NCBI GenBank assembly: GCA_019119225.1
Contig: DWXM01000017.1
Location: 22,165 to 86,164 of the forward strand
Direction of reading: 5' to 3'
Length of the DNA: 64,000 nt
DNA from: Candidatus Nosocomiicoccus stercorigallinarum
GTDB taxonomy: Bacteria; Bacillota; Bacilli; Staphylococcales; Salinicoccaceae
The notes beneath the pieces are model-generated. The model worked only from the letters and a program-made list of their open reading frames with translations. It searched no databases and was not told the DNA's origin. Made by a program: the position numbers and the translations under genes. This document shows positions 10,521-21,070 of the stretch, in pieces (the first letter of the stretch is position 1; each line of letters starts with the position of its first letter).

Positions 10521-12214
10521 ATTTAAGAGATAGTTTAGTCGTAAAACTGTGGTTTACTATTATTGTAATAGTTACCGCAGTTTTAATTATATTGTCTATC
10601 AGTTTAACGTTTTACTTTAAAAATTATGCTTTAAATAATAGTGAAAATAATCTTTTAAATGATTTAGAACGTATTGAACAAGAAATTTTGATGCATCATG
10701 AAGATGCAATAAATACTCAAAAAGTGCATACAGAAAACAATTTAATCGTCTACCAAAATGGCCGTTATGTATCAGCAAATTCTGAAACCGATAAAATTAT
10801 TTTTGATTATATTATTAATGATAGAGAATCTAATAGTGATACACTTTTTATAAAACACGGTGAAAATAAAGAGTATATGGTTAAAGTTTTAAATATGTCA
10901 CAGTATTATGATACTGATACATTACTTATTAAATACTCTGATATGTCTCCGATCTATAAATCAATTCGTGATATTACGATGATTATTTCTATTAGTGCGT
11001 TTATTATATTTATTGTGACAACTCTATTTTCTTTTTTACTCATCCGTAAAATTACAGATCCATTAATTGCTTTAAGAGATGCTTCTTTAAAAATGGCGAG
11101 TGGTCAGTTTAGTAAACTCGAGGTAAAAAGTTTTGATGAGATTGGTGAATTGACTTTAGCATTTAACAAAATGAGTGAAGATATTAAAGATAATATTAGA
11201 AACTTAGAACATGAAAAAAATTTACGAGAATCTATATTCACCTCGATTTCTGATGGTATTTTATTTTTCGATGAAAATAACAATACTATTTTTAGGAACA
11301 AAGAAGGAGATATCTGGTTAAAAGAAATTATTCATCAAGAATCTCTCGTCGATACGATTAATTTTTATTTAGATAAAACTAAAGTCAATTTTGAATCTTT
11401 TTCAATCACAGAGTCTGTAAACGAGGATACGTATGTTGAAATATCCTTTACACCTGTTGTCTATTCTGAAAATATCGGTGTGACAGTTACAATACGCAAC
11501 ATTACGAGTGAGAAAAAGTTAGAGGATATGCGTGCTGAATTTATATCGAGCGTATCCCATGAGTTAAAAACACCGATGGTCATGATTACTGGTTATAGTG
11601 AAGCACTGTTAGATGGTATTGTAACTGATAAAGAAGAAGTAAATAGTATGCTTAGTATTATTAAAGATGAGTCTGATCGAATGAATCACTTAATTAACGA
11701 GTTAATTGAAGTTAATAAACTTGAGTTTAACTCTGATTTATTTAATATTAAAGATAATGATTTTAATATACTTATGGATGATATTGAAAAACGATTTAGT
11801 TATGAAGCAAAAGATAATAACTTAAATTTTAAGGTTATAAATACGTTAGAAAATTCAATATTCCCTTTTGATTATGATAAAATGTATCAAGTGTTTACTA
11901 ATTTAATTGATAATGCGATACGTTACACTACTGCTGGTGACTCTATTATAATTACTCTTAACGAGAATAAAAATAATATAACTATTAAAATTTCTGATAC
12001 AGGAATCGGTATGAAAGCCTCAACATTAAATCGTATCTTCGAACGATTTTTTAAAGAAGATAAAGCAAGAACTCGTGGTAAACAAGGCACTGGACTTGGG
12101 TTAAGTATCGTAAAAAGCATTATTAATAAACATAATGGTACGATAGATGTTGAGAGTGAATACAACAAAGGTACAACATTTATAATTACTCTAAGTAAAG
12201 AGGGGCAACAATGA
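10517..12214 (+). CDS. resE: Sensor histidine kinase ResE/SrrB
   Basis: Two TMs, HAMP, VSHELKTP, NLIDNAIRY, GTGLGLSIV. Confidence 0.93.
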   Translation: MNLRDSLVVKLWFTIIVIVTAVLIILSISLTFYFKNYALNNSENNLLNDLERIEQEILMHHEDAINTQKVHTENNLIVYQNGRYVSANSETDKIIFDYIINDRESNSDTLFIKHGENKEYMVKVLNMSQYYDTDTLLIKYSDMSPIYKSIRDITMIISISAFIIFIVTTLFSFLLIRKITDPLIALRDASLKMASGQFSKLEVKSFDEIGELTLAFNKMSEDIKDNIRNLEHEKNLRESIFTSISDGILFFDENNNTIFRNKEGDIWLKEIIHQESLVDTINFYLDKTKVNFESFSITESVNEDTYVEISFTPVVYSENIGVTVTIRNITSEKKLEDMRAEFISSVSHELKTPMVMITGYSEALLDGIVTDKEEVNSMLSIIKDESDRMNHLINELIEVNKLEFNSDLFNIKDNDFNILMDDIEKRFSYEAKDNNLNFKVINTLENSIFPFDYDKMYQVFTNLIDNAIRYTTAGDSIIITLNENKNNITIKISDTGIGMKASTLNRIFERFFKEDKARTRGKQGTGLGLSIVKSIINKHNGTIDVESEYNKGTTFIITLSKEGQQ

Positions 12215-12783
12215 AGAAATCTCACACATATAAAATATTAATGATTAGTATTTTATCAGCAATTTCATTTATTTTAATGTTAATCAGCATTCCATTACCA
12301 TTTTTTCCACCATTTTTAAAATTTGATATCGGTGACTTACCAGCTTACATTGGTTTTGCGGTGTTTGGTGGAGGTGTTGGAGTTTTAATTATCTTTATAA
12401 AGATAATTATTTATAGCTTTATAGTATCTAGTGAACCAATTGGACCAATTGCAAACTTACTTGCATCATTAAGTTATTTATTACCTTTATATTTAGTTTA
12501 CGTAAGAACAAAAACAAAAAAATCTCTTGTTATTGGTATAGGTGTCGGCACGATTGTAATGACACTTGTGCTATCAGTACTAAACTATTTCATATTACTT
12601 CCGTTATATGGGATGATTCTTGATCAAAGAGATGTTTTTGAAAATGTGAAAACATTAGTAACCGCTGGTATTATTCCATTTAATATCGTTAAAGGAATAT
12701 TACTTGGGCTAGTTATTTACTTTGTTCATATAAAAATTATTCCAATTTTAAAGAAACAAAAAGAAAGAGGACAACACTCATAA
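12211..12783 (+). CDS. ribU: ECF transporter S component, RibU-like (riboflavin)
   Basis: PPFLKFDIGDLP, PIGPIAN, LNYFILLPLY, IIPFNIVKG; position between resE and fer. Confidence 0.85.
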   Translation: MKKSHTYKILMISILSAISFILMLISIPLPFFPPFLKFDIGDLPAYIGFAVFGGGVGVLIIFIKIIIYSFIVSSEPIGPIANLLASLSYLLPLYLVYVRTKTKKSLVIGIGVGTIVMTLVLSVLNYFILLPLYGMILDQRDVFENVKTLVTAGIIPFNIVKGILLGLVIYFVHIKIIPILKKQKERGQHS

Positions 12784-12800
12784 AGTGTTGTCCTCTTTTT
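12764..12800. terminator. Bidirectional terminator between ribU and fer
   Basis: AAAGAGGACAACACT-cataa-AGTGTTGTCCTCTTTTT. Confidence 0.88.
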
Positions 12801-12802
12801 AA

Positions 12803-13054
<252 letters not shown>

Positions 13055-13209
13055 CTAATGTCACCTCTTCAATAAATTAATCTTAAAATTTTTAGCACAC
13101 CTTTTCAACTCATTGTACTTACTAAATATGAAGATTTGAATATACTTTCAAAGTGTAGTAAAAAATACTATAATGAGAATTACTAAAGTAGGTAGGGTAG
13201 GAATGAAAT

Positions 13210-14262
13210 ATGAAAGACGATTTTTACAAAGATATACAACATAAACGTAGTGATACGAATAAAAATGATCAACCAAGACGCCGAACTAGAAAAAACAAAG
13301 TCGATAAGGAATTTAGTCGAAGTGCAAAGTATAATAAAGAAGATGTAAAAAAAGAAAACGCTAAATCCTCAAGTAAACATACAAATAAAGAAAAAGAAAA
13401 CAAAGATACAGGATTTAAGACGTTAATTGCTTCGTCTGCATCTTCATTGAAAAATAAATCTGCAAAATATAAAAATCAATTTTCTAAAGAGTTTAATGAA
13501 TCAAAATCTAAAGTTAAAGAATTTAAAAATAACCATTTCACTAAAGACAGTATAAATAAAAATAGAAATAAAAAATCACTCATTGCTTTAATTGCTCTGT
13601 TAATTCCTATTACGTTAGTTCTCGGTGCCATGATTGTTTCTAACTTCTGGCCATCTGGTGACGGTTTCGAAGAGAGTGCAGCTGTTGATGATAATGAAGG
13701 TAAAGATACTAGAGAAGTTGACAAAGACTTCGAAAATAAAAAAGCTGAATTAGAAAAAGAGTTTGCTAAAAAAGAAGAAGATAAAAAAGATAGTAAATCT
13801 GGCAAAAAAGAAAGTGACAATGATAGTAAGAGTGACAAAAAAGAAGATAAAAACAGTGCTGATGATCAGTCAAAAGCAGCACAATATTCTGAAAAGCAAA
13901 TAGCAAGTCTAGAAAAACTTGGACAATCTGAAATAAACTCTAAAAAAGAAGCAGATGAAAAGCGTAAGCAACAAGAAGCTGAAAGAGAAAAACAGCGTCA
14001 AGAAGAAGAAAGCCGTCTAGCTGAAGAACGTAAAAAGCAAGAACAAGAACAACGTGATAAAGAAGAAGAAACGAAAGATGAAGAAGATAATGAAGAAGAA
14101 ACAGTTGGGGAAACTCACGTCGTTACAGCAAAAGATAACCTTTACCGTATAGCAATTAATTATTACGGTAGTGGTAGCGAAGAAAACGTTCAAAAAATTA
14201 GAGATGCCAATGGAATTTCAGGAAATAACTTATCCGTTGGGCAACAATTAATTATTCCATAG
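13210..14262 (+). CDS. ebpS: EbpS/YpbE-like membrane protein with C-terminal LysM
   Basis: Charged N-terminal region, one TM, acidic linker, LysM (DNLYRIAINYYGSGS..IRDANG); upstream of cmk. Confidence 0.75.
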   Translation: MKDDFYKDIQHKRSDTNKNDQPRRRTRKNKVDKEFSRSAKYNKEDVKKENAKSSSKHTNKEKENKDTGFKTLIASSASSLKNKSAKYKNQFSKEFNESKSKVKEFKNNHFTKDSINKNRNKKSLIALIALLIPITLVLGAMIVSNFWPSGDGFEESAAVDDNEGKDTREVDKDFENKKAELEKEFAKKEEDKKDSKSGKKESDNDSKSDKKEDKNSADDQSKAAQYSEKQIASLEKLGQSEINSKKEADEKRKQQEAEREKQRQEEESRLAEERKKQEQEQRDKEEETKDEEDNEEETVGETHVVTAKDNLYRIAINYYGSGSEENVQKIRDANGISGNNLSVGQQLIIP

Positions 14263-14276
14263 AAAAGGTGTACTAC

Positions 14277-14924
14277 ATGACAAAAATCAACATTGCAATC
14301 GATGGGCCAGCTGCTGCTGGAAAAAGTACTATCGCTAAAATCGTCGCATCAAAACTCAACTATAAATATTTAGACACAGGTGCAATGTACCGTGCGGTAA
14401 CATTATATGCTTTAAATAGTGATTCAAAATTAGATGCGTCGAATATTAAAAACATTACAATTGATTTTGGAGAAAATGGTGAAGTTTTTCTAAATGAAAA
14501 AATCGTTACAAATGAAATTAGATCAAGTCTAGTTACAAATAACGTTAGTAAATTTGCTTCATTAGATTTTGTAAGAGAGTATCTCGTAAAACTCCAACAA
14601 CAAATCGCCCACGATAAAGGTATAGTTATGGATGGTAGAGATATCGGTACAGTTGTTATACCCGATGCTGAATTAAAAATATATTTAACTGCAAGTCCAG
14701 AAATCCGTGCAAAACGACGACTTATTGAAGAAGAAGCAAGAGGAAATGATATTACACTCGATGACTTAATAAAAGAAATTGTCGCACGTGACGAAAGTGA
14801 TATGTCTAGAACACATTCCCCACTTAGAAAAGCTGACTCAGCAATCGAATTAAACACTGATAATATGACAATCGATGAGGTTGCGAATGAAATATTAAAT
14901 TACGCAAAAAAGGTGGACAGTTAA
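14277..14924 (+). CDS. cmk: Cytidylate kinase
   Basis: IAIDGPAAAGKST, DTGAMYRA, DGRDIGTVV. Confidence 0.96.
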   Translation: MTKINIAIDGPAAAGKSTIAKIVASKLNYKYLDTGAMYRAVTLYALNSDSKLDASNIKNITIDFGENGEVFLNEKIVTNEIRSSLVTNNVSKFASLDFVREYLVKLQQQIAHDKGIVMDGRDIGTVVIPDAELKIYLTASPEIRAKRRLIEEEARGNDITLDDLIKEIVARDESDMSRTHSPLRKADSAIELNTDNMTIDEVANEILNYAKKVDS

Positions 14925-15532
14925 TGTTTTACAAAATTATGAAAATATTCGTTACTTTGTATTACAGAGTGGCACATAAAATAACAGTTATTGGAGAAGG
15001 AAATATCCCAAAAGAAGGCCCAGTTCTACTCGCAGCCAATCATAAGTCTTTACATGATCCACCTGCCGTTGGAATTTCTGTAAAGCGTGAGATGTCATTT
15101 TTCGCTAAATCTGAGCTGTTTGAAAATAAACTATTCGGTGCAGCGATTAGAAATTTAAACGCAATTCCAGTAAATAGAGGTAAAGGTGACCGTGCTGCTT
15201 TAAAAACTTCAATTGAGGCATTAAAAGAAGGCAGAATGCTACTTATGTTTCCTGAGGGAACGAGAAATAAAACTGGTAAGGATGATTTAACACCACTGCA
15301 AGAAGGCGCAAGCTTTATCGCAATGAGTGCGAAAGCACCAATTGTACCTGTTGCGATTCGAGGTAGTTATAAAGATAAAAATGGTGTTACAATTATATTT
15401 GGTCAACCAATATATACGAAGCAATTACGTGAAGAAGGATATAAGAGAAAAGATATTACTAAAATTTTAGAAAATAATCTAAATAATTTGTTAAAAGGTC
15501 CATTACACCTTGACAAATCGGATAAATTATAG
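14924..15532 (+). CDS. plsC: 1-acyl-sn-glycerol-3-phosphate acyltransferase
   Basis: NHKSLHD, FPEGTR, PIVPVAI. Confidence 0.88.
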   Translation: MFYKIMKIFVTLYYRVAHKITVIGEGNIPKEGPVLLAANHKSLHDPPAVGISVKREMSFFAKSELFENKLFGAAIRNLNAIPVNRGKGDRAALKTSIEALKEGRMLLMFPEGTRNKTGKDDLTPLQEGASFIAMSAKAPIVPVAIRGSYKDKNGVTIIFGQPIYTKQLREEGYKRKDITKILENNLNNLLKGPLHLDKSDKL

Positions 15533-15574
15533 GAACTTAATAGTATTAAGCGTTTTAAAATGGAGGATAACAGT

Positions 15575-16756
15575 ATGACTAACGAAGAAAAATTTGAAGA
15601 AGTAGAAAACACTGAAGAAACTGTAAGCTCAAAATACAACGAAGGTGACGTTGTTACTGGTAAAGTTTCTAAAGTTGAAGAAAAATTTGTTGAAGTTGAA
15701 TTAGAAGACGGTACTAAAGGAATTGTTCCAATTAGTCAATTAACTTCTAAGCGTATTGAAACAACAGACGAAGTGGTTAGTCTTGAAGATGAGGTTACTG
15801 CTAAAGTTATTAAAATCGAAGATGAAAACACTGTAGTGATTTCAGTACGTCAACATGAAACTGAAGAAGCATATAGTGAGTTACAAAGTAAAAAAGACAA
15901 TGATGAAGTCATCCAAGCAGAAGTAATTGAAGTTGTACCAGCTGGTTTAGTAGTAAATGTTGGTGCACGTGGTTTCATACCAGCTTCACTTATTTCAACA
16001 CAGTTTGTTGAAGATTTAAATCAATTTGACGGACAAACTTTAGACGTTAAAGTTGAAGATGTTGATCCATCAAATAACCGTATCATCCTAAACAGAAGAG
16101 TACTTGAAGAAGCTGCTGAAAAAGAAGAAATTCTTAAAAACTTCGATTCACTTGAAGAAGGTTCAGTGGTAGAAGGGGAAGTTGTTCGTACAACAAACTT
16201 TGGTGCTTTCGTTAATGTTAACGGTATCGATGGTTTAGTTCACATCTCTGAAATCAGCTACGAAAGAGTTGAAAGTGTTGAGGATGCTGTAAATATTGGC
16301 GACACAGTAAATGTTAAAATACTTTCAGTCGACAAAGATAATGAAAGATTATCACTTTCAATTAAACAAGCTGGCGAAAGTCCATTTGAAGAATTCTCAA
16401 ATGAACACGAAGTTGGCGATGTTGTTAAAGGTACTGTAAAACGCCTAGTTGACTTTGGTGCTTTTGTTGAAGTTGCACCCGGTGTTGAAGGTCTAGTACA
16501 CATCTCAGAAATTTCATATGATCATGTCGAGCACCCAGAAGACGTATTAAAGCCAGAACAAGAAGTAGAAGTTAAAATCATTGGCTTTAATGAAGAGGAA
16601 GAGAAAACTTCATTATCAATTAAAGCAACAAAAGAAAAACCTAAACGTCAACCACAAACTCAAAATAAAGAAAAAACAGTTTATAAAGATGACGAAGATG
16701 ATGCTCCAACATTAAGAGATATTTTAGGAGACAAACTTAAAGACTTAGGCCTTTAA
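15575..16756 (+). CDS. rpsA: 30S ribosomal protein S1 (four S1 domains)
   Basis: Repeated FGAFV..GLVHISEIS. Confidence 0.95.
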   Translation: MTNEEKFEEVENTEETVSSKYNEGDVVTGKVSKVEEKFVEVELEDGTKGIVPISQLTSKRIETTDEVVSLEDEVTAKVIKIEDENTVVISVRQHETEEAYSELQSKKDNDEVIQAEVIEVVPAGLVVNVGARGFIPASLISTQFVEDLNQFDGQTLDVKVEDVDPSNNRIILNRRVLEEAAEKEEILKNFDSLEEGSVVEGEVVRTTNFGAFVNVNGIDGLVHISEISYERVESVEDAVNIGDTVNVKILSVDKDNERLSLSIKQAGESPFEEFSNEHEVGDVVKGTVKRLVDFGAFVEVAPGVEGLVHISEISYDHVEHPEDVLKPEQEVEVKIIGFNEEEEKTSLSIKATKEKPKRQPQTQNKEKTVYKDDEDDAPTLRDILGDKLKDLGL

Positions 16757-16764
16757 TTATATTT

Positions 16765-16797
16765 AAAGAGCGAGGAAACTCGCTCTTTATTTTTTTA
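16765..16797 (+). terminator. Intrinsic terminator after rpsA
   Basis: AAAGAGCGAG-gaaa-CTCGCTCTTT followed by T-run. Confidence 0.9.
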
Positions 16798-16849
16798 TAA
16801 ATAAAACTGTAATTATGATAGAATAATAAAAGAAAAGAGGGAAATATAA

Positions 16850-18160
16850 ATGATACCTACGGTTGCTGTAGTTGGACGTCCAAATGTTGGGAAGTCAACT
16901 TTATTTAATAGGATTATTGGAGAAAGAAAATCTATTGTAGAAGATACTCCAGGTGTTACAAGAGACCGTATCTATTCAACAGGTGAGTGGCTTGGCCATG
17001 AATTTAATATTATAGATACTGGTGGAATTGAATTAGAAAATAGTCTGTTTCAAAACGAAATTGCAATGCAAGCAGAAATCGCAATTGATGAGGCAGATGT
17101 TATTGTTATGGTTGTAAATGGTAGAGAAGGTGTAACTAATGATGATGCGCATATCGCTCATCTGCTTCACCGATCTAAAAAGCCTGTTGTATTAATGGTT
17201 AATAAGATAGACTCATATGAATTACGATCAGAAATTTATCAGTTCTATGAATTAGGATTAGGTGAACCTTATCCAGTATCAGGCTCACATGGACTTGGTC
17301 TTGGAGATGTACTAGATGAAGTTATAGACAATTTTAAATCACTTAACTATGAATTAGAAGACGACGATTCAATAAAAGTGTCATTAATTGGTCGTCCAAA
17401 TGTTGGTAAATCGAGTTTAGTAAATACTATTTTAGGTGAAGAGCGTGTCATCGTTTCAAATATTGCTGGTACAACACGTGATGCCATTGATAGTAAATTA
17501 GAAAAAGACGGTGTAAATTATACTTTTGTAGATACTGCAGGTATTAGAAAACGAGGAAAAGTATATGAAAGTACTGAAAAATATTCAGTATTAAGAGCAA
17601 ACGTTGCGATTGAACGTAGTGACGTTGTATTAATTGTTTTAAATGGTGAAGAAGGTATTAGAGAGCAAGATAAAAGAATTGCAGGGCTCGCACATGAGGC
17701 GGGACGTGCGATCATTATCGTTGTAAATAAATGGGATGCAGTTGAAAAAGATACAAAAACAATGCGTGAGTTTGAGTTAAAAATTAGAGATCAGTTTAGA
17801 TTTTTAGATTATGCTCCGATTGCTTTTGTATCAGCAAAAACTAAAAGTAGAGTACATACTCTATTTCCGTTAATACATGTTGCAGATGAAGCACATAAAA
17901 GAAGAGTACAATCTAGTACATTAAATGAAGTACTTGTAGATAGTGTCGCAATGAATCCAACACCTACAGATAAAACTGGTAAACGACTAAACATTTTCTA
18001 TGGCACACAAGTAAGTGTTTCACCACCGACATTTGTCGTATTTGTAAATGATCCTGAACTCATGCACTTTAGTTATAAGAGATATTTAGAAAATCGCTTA
18101 CGAGAAGCGTTTGATTTTACTGGTACACCAATTCATATTATTACACGTAAAAGAAATTAA
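16850..18160 (+). CDS. der: Ribosome biogenesis GTPase Der/EngA
   Basis: Two GRPNVGKS P-loops, DTGG/DTAG. Confidence 0.97.
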   Translation: MIPTVAVVGRPNVGKSTLFNRIIGERKSIVEDTPGVTRDRIYSTGEWLGHEFNIIDTGGIELENSLFQNEIAMQAEIAIDEADVIVMVVNGREGVTNDDAHIAHLLHRSKKPVVLMVNKIDSYELRSEIYQFYELGLGEPYPVSGSHGLGLGDVLDEVIDNFKSLNYELEDDDSIKVSLIGRPNVGKSSLVNTILGEERVIVSNIAGTTRDAIDSKLEKDGVNYTFVDTAGIRKRGKVYESTEKYSVLRANVAIERSDVVLIVLNGEEGIREQDKRIAGLAHEAGRAIIIVVNKWDAVEKDTKTMREFELKIRDQFRFLDYAPIAFVSAKTKSRVHTLFPLIHVADEAHKRRVQSSTLNEVLVDSVAMNPTPTDKTGKRLNIFYGTQVSVSPPTFVVFVNDPELMHFSYKRYLENRLREAFDFTGTPIHIITRKRN

Positions 18161-18175
18161 TGCAGGAGAGATATC

Positions 18176-19228
18176 ATGAATATTTCAATGATTGGAACTG
18201 GAAGTTTTGGAACAAGCTTGGCAATGGTGCTTGATTCTAATCATCATAACGTACTAATGTACGGTAGAAACGAACAAACAATTAATGAAATAAATAATAA
18301 CCATTCAAATAAAAAATATTTAAAAGATATTGAGTTAAACGAATCAATTCGTGCAACAAATGATTTAAAGGAAGCAGTTACCCATGGTGACTTACTTGTC
18401 TTAGCTGTACCAGTTAAAGCTATACGTACAGTTTCTAAAGAAATTAATAAACTATTAAATGACTTAGATAAACAGGTATTAATATGTCACGTCGCTAAAG
18501 GATTAGAATTAGGTTCTCACAAAAGAGTGTCTGAAGTTATTAGCGAAGAGATTGATGAAAAGAATTATACGGACATCGCTATTTTAAGTGGTCCATCACA
18601 CGCTGAAGAAGTGTCATTAAAACAACCAACAACTGTTAGCACAGCTTCAATTAATAAAACAGGCCAAAAAGAAATTCAAGACGTATTTATTAATAAATAT
18701 TTTAGAGTATATGAAAATAATGACCTTATCGGTGTAGAAGTCGGTGGCGCTTTAAAAAATATTATTGCATTAGCTATCGGCGTATTAGACGGTTTAGGTT
18801 TTGGTGATAATACAAAATCTGCTGTAATTACAAGAGGCTTACACGAAATTGCACGTTTAGGAACTAAAGTCGGAGCAAACCCGCTAACATTTATGGGACT
18901 TACAGGTGTTGGAGATTTAATTGTTACAGCAATGAGTGAACATTCAAGAAACTTTAGATGTGGTAGAATGCTTGCTAGTGGGCAATCACTAGATGAGATC
19001 ATTGAAAATATGGGAATGGTCGTTGAGGGTGTAAACACAACAAAAGCAGCATATGAACTTTCAAAAATACACAACGTCGACATGCCAATTACAAATGTCT
19101 TATACAAGTACTTATTTGAATCAATTTCAGAAAAAGATGCTTTATTAACTTTAATGATGAGAGAAAGAAAATCTGAGACAGAAGAATTAGTAGATATAAT
19201 GAGAAATCATTTAGAGATGGAGAAATAA
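18176..19228 (+). CDS. gpsA: NAD(P)H-dependent glycerol-3-phosphate dehydrogenase
   Basis: GTGSFGT, SGPSHAEEV, GGALKNIIA, GVGDLIVT. Confidence 0.96.
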   Translation: MNISMIGTGSFGTSLAMVLDSNHHNVLMYGRNEQTINEINNNHSNKKYLKDIELNESIRATNDLKEAVTHGDLLVLAVPVKAIRTVSKEINKLLNDLDKQVLICHVAKGLELGSHKRVSEVISEEIDEKNYTDIAILSGPSHAEEVSLKQPTTVSTASINKTGQKEIQDVFINKYFRVYENNDLIGVEVGGALKNIIALAIGVLDGLGFGDNTKSAVITRGLHEIARLGTKVGANPLTFMGLTGVGDLIVTAMSEHSRNFRCGRMLASGQSLDEIIENMGMVVEGVNTTKAAYELSKIHNVDMPITNVLYKYLFESISEKDALLTLMMRERKSETEELVDIMRNHLEMEK

Positions 19229-19229
19229 A

Positions 19230-19436
19230 ATGTTTGATATATCTAGAATGGATTTAATGTGGGTATCATTTTATTCGATGGGTGCAATGGCTTTAGCTGC
19301 ATTACTCATATATATTGCACGCTATAAAATGCCATATAGACTTGTCAGTATTTTATTATCGATTGTAGCTTGGCTATTACTAATCTTTTCATTTATAACA
19401 ATGATTTTAGTCTTAGGAGGAAGTAGCCATGCGTAA
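19230..19436 (+). CDS. YphE-like (DUF2768) small membrane protein
   Basis: MWVSFYSMGAM, two TMs; position after gpsA. Confidence 0.75.
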   Translation: MFDISRMDLMWVSFYSMGAMALAALLIYIARYKMPYRLVSILLSIVAWLLLIFSFITMILVLGGSSHA

Positions 19437-20166
19437 CGTACTTAAAATGATAAGTTTACTATTTGTGACATTAATATTAAGTGCATGCATGTACCCTCAA
19501 AGTGAGCGTCAAAAAAATGATTTACCAAAAGAATCACAAATAAAAATGGTGGATAATGCTGTCAAACAATATCAAGAAGATAATGGTGGTTTATTACCAT
19601 TTAAGACAACTGAAGATCATTTAAATAACCGTGAATACCTTAAATATCAAGTCGATTTTCAAAAGCTAGTCCCTGATTATCTTAGTGATATTCCAACTAC
19701 TGCATATGAAAATGGCGGTCATTACCAATATGTCATAATTGATGAGGACTCTGATCCAAAAGTAAAAATAGCTGACCTTAGAATTACAAATACAATCCGT
19801 TCATTAACGACTCGATTAAATGTTTTAAGTGAGCATGTAGAACTTGGTGAAACAATTGGTCCAAATGTCTATGCACTTGATTTAGACCATTATCATTTAG
19901 ACCAAAATCCAACAGTGGATAGCCCTTATACAGGAAACGAATTAAATGTCTACTTTAACGGAGGAGAAGAATTTTTAGTTGATTATAGAGATGATGTTCA
20001 ATATATCATTGACGACAAAGGTTTAAGTTTTGACACTGGTGAAGATGTTAGACATGTCTTATATGAGAACACTCCTGTTGTACCAACTTATAGCCCAGAG
20101 TTAACAGTAGACGAAAATAATAACGTGATATTTATGACAAGTAAAATTAAAAATGAAAAAAAGTGA
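19429..20166 (+). CDS. YphF-like lipoprotein
   Basis: Lipobox LSAC-MYP, GGLLPFKT, AYENGGHYQYV, SPYTG. Confidence 0.8.
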   Translation: MRNVLKMISLLFVTLILSACMYPQSERQKNDLPKESQIKMVDNAVKQYQEDNGGLLPFKTTEDHLNNREYLKYQVDFQKLVPDYLSDIPTTAYENGGHYQYVIIDEDSDPKVKIADLRITNTIRSLTTRLNVLSEHVELGETIGPNVYALDLDHYHLDQNPTVDSPYTGNELNVYFNGGEEFLVDYRDDVQYIIDDKGLSFDTGEDVRHVLYENTPVVPTYSPELTVDENNNVIFMTSKIKNEKK

Positions 20167-20274
20167 TCTTATTAAACAAAGAATCCTTAAAGATATTGAA
20201 GTGACGGCACTCATGTGGTAAAGTCAAAACATAATGAATAATTCATTATATAGAATCTAGGAGGTCAATTAACT

Positions 20275-20547
20275 ATGAACAAAACTGATTTAATTAATGC
20301 AGTTAGTGACAAAGCAGATCTTACTAAAAAAGATGCAAGTGCTGCAGTAGATGCAGTATTTGAAGCTATTCAAGGGTCACTTACAGAAGGTGAAAAAGTT
20401 CAATTAATTGGATTCGGAACTTTTGAAGTACGTGAACGTGCTGCTCGTAAAGGTCGTAACCCACAAACAGGTGAAGAAATCGAAATTGCAGCATCTAAAG
20501 TTCCAGCTTTCAAAGCAGGTAAAGCTTTAAAAGACGCAGTAAAATAA
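20275..20547 (+). CDS. hup: DNA-binding protein HU
   Basis: [28 protein letters not shown]. Confidence 0.98.
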   Translation: MNKTDLINAVSDKADLTKKDASAAVDAVFEAIQGSLTEGEKVQLIGFGTFEVRERAARKGRNPQTGEEIEIAASKVPAFKAGKALKDAVK

Positions 20548-20554
20548 GAATTTT

Positions 20555-20582
20555 AATAGACCTAACGATCGTTAGGTCTATT
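20555..20582 (+). terminator. Perfect 28-bp palindrome, probable terminator after hup
   Basis: AATAGACCTAACGA|TCGTTAGGTCTATT. Confidence 0.8.
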
Positions 20583-20602
20583 CATTTATAAGGGTGATTT
20601 TT

Positions 20603-21070
20603 TTGTTAGCATTAAGCGAGATGATGACTTATTTTGATAATGACATTCAGGAAAAATATTCTGATTTTCTTAAAGAACTAAACAATGAAAAGTATTATCT
20701 AAGTATAAATACTGAAATGGTTGAGGCTGTTATTAAATTTAATATCGCTTTACTTATTCTTGATGAGGAGCCTAAATCAAATAATTTAGAAACACACGTG
20801 TTATATAGCGATTTATTAATGACAGAGTTTTACACAATAATGGCGAAACATAATCATTACAAAATACTATTTGACATAGTAATGCTAACAAAACAATCAA
20901 TCACGAAAAAGTCAAATTTTTTTAATTCAAATACTAATTTAATGATTGATGATAAAAAGCATTTGTTTTTTGCACCAATTGAATATTTAATTACAAATGG
21001 TTTTTTGAATGAATCAGTCAATAGAAAAATCGAAGCTTTTTTAGATAATGGTGAAAATAATGAAAGATAA
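20603..21070 (+). CDS. hepS: Medium-chain polyprenyl diphosphate synthase small subunit (HepS/HexA-like)
   Basis: Slot between hup and menG; VLYSDLL..FY and KKS motifs; start uncertain (GTG 20594 or TTG 20603). Confidence 0.7.
   Translation: MLALSEMMTYFDNDIQEKYSDFLKELNNEKYYLSINTEMVEAVIKFNIALLILDEEPKSNNLETHVLYSDLLMTEFYTIMAKHNHYKILFDIVMLTKQSITKKSNFFNSNTNLMIDDKKHLFFAPIEYLITNGFLNESVNRKIEAFLDNGENNER

Noticed and set aside
14360-14857. Long antisense ORFs (this one, 13476-13838, 18676-19107, 26133-26555 and similar)
   Set aside because: Shadow frames of well-conserved genes, with no motifs or translation signals noted.
15575-16756. Internal repeats in rpsA
   Set aside because: Normal tandem S1 domains, not a CRISPR array or DNA repeat element.
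20157-20166. A_AAA_AAG plus stop at the end of yphF (also in-frame at scpB 5039-5045)
   Set aside because: The -1 frame after yphF closes within about 13 codons with no recognisable product. It shows the motif arises by chance in this AT-rich DNA.
20555-20582. 28-bp perfect palindrome as a recombination or operator site
   Set aside because: It lies 7 bp after the stop of highly expressed hup and is best explained as a terminator hairpin.
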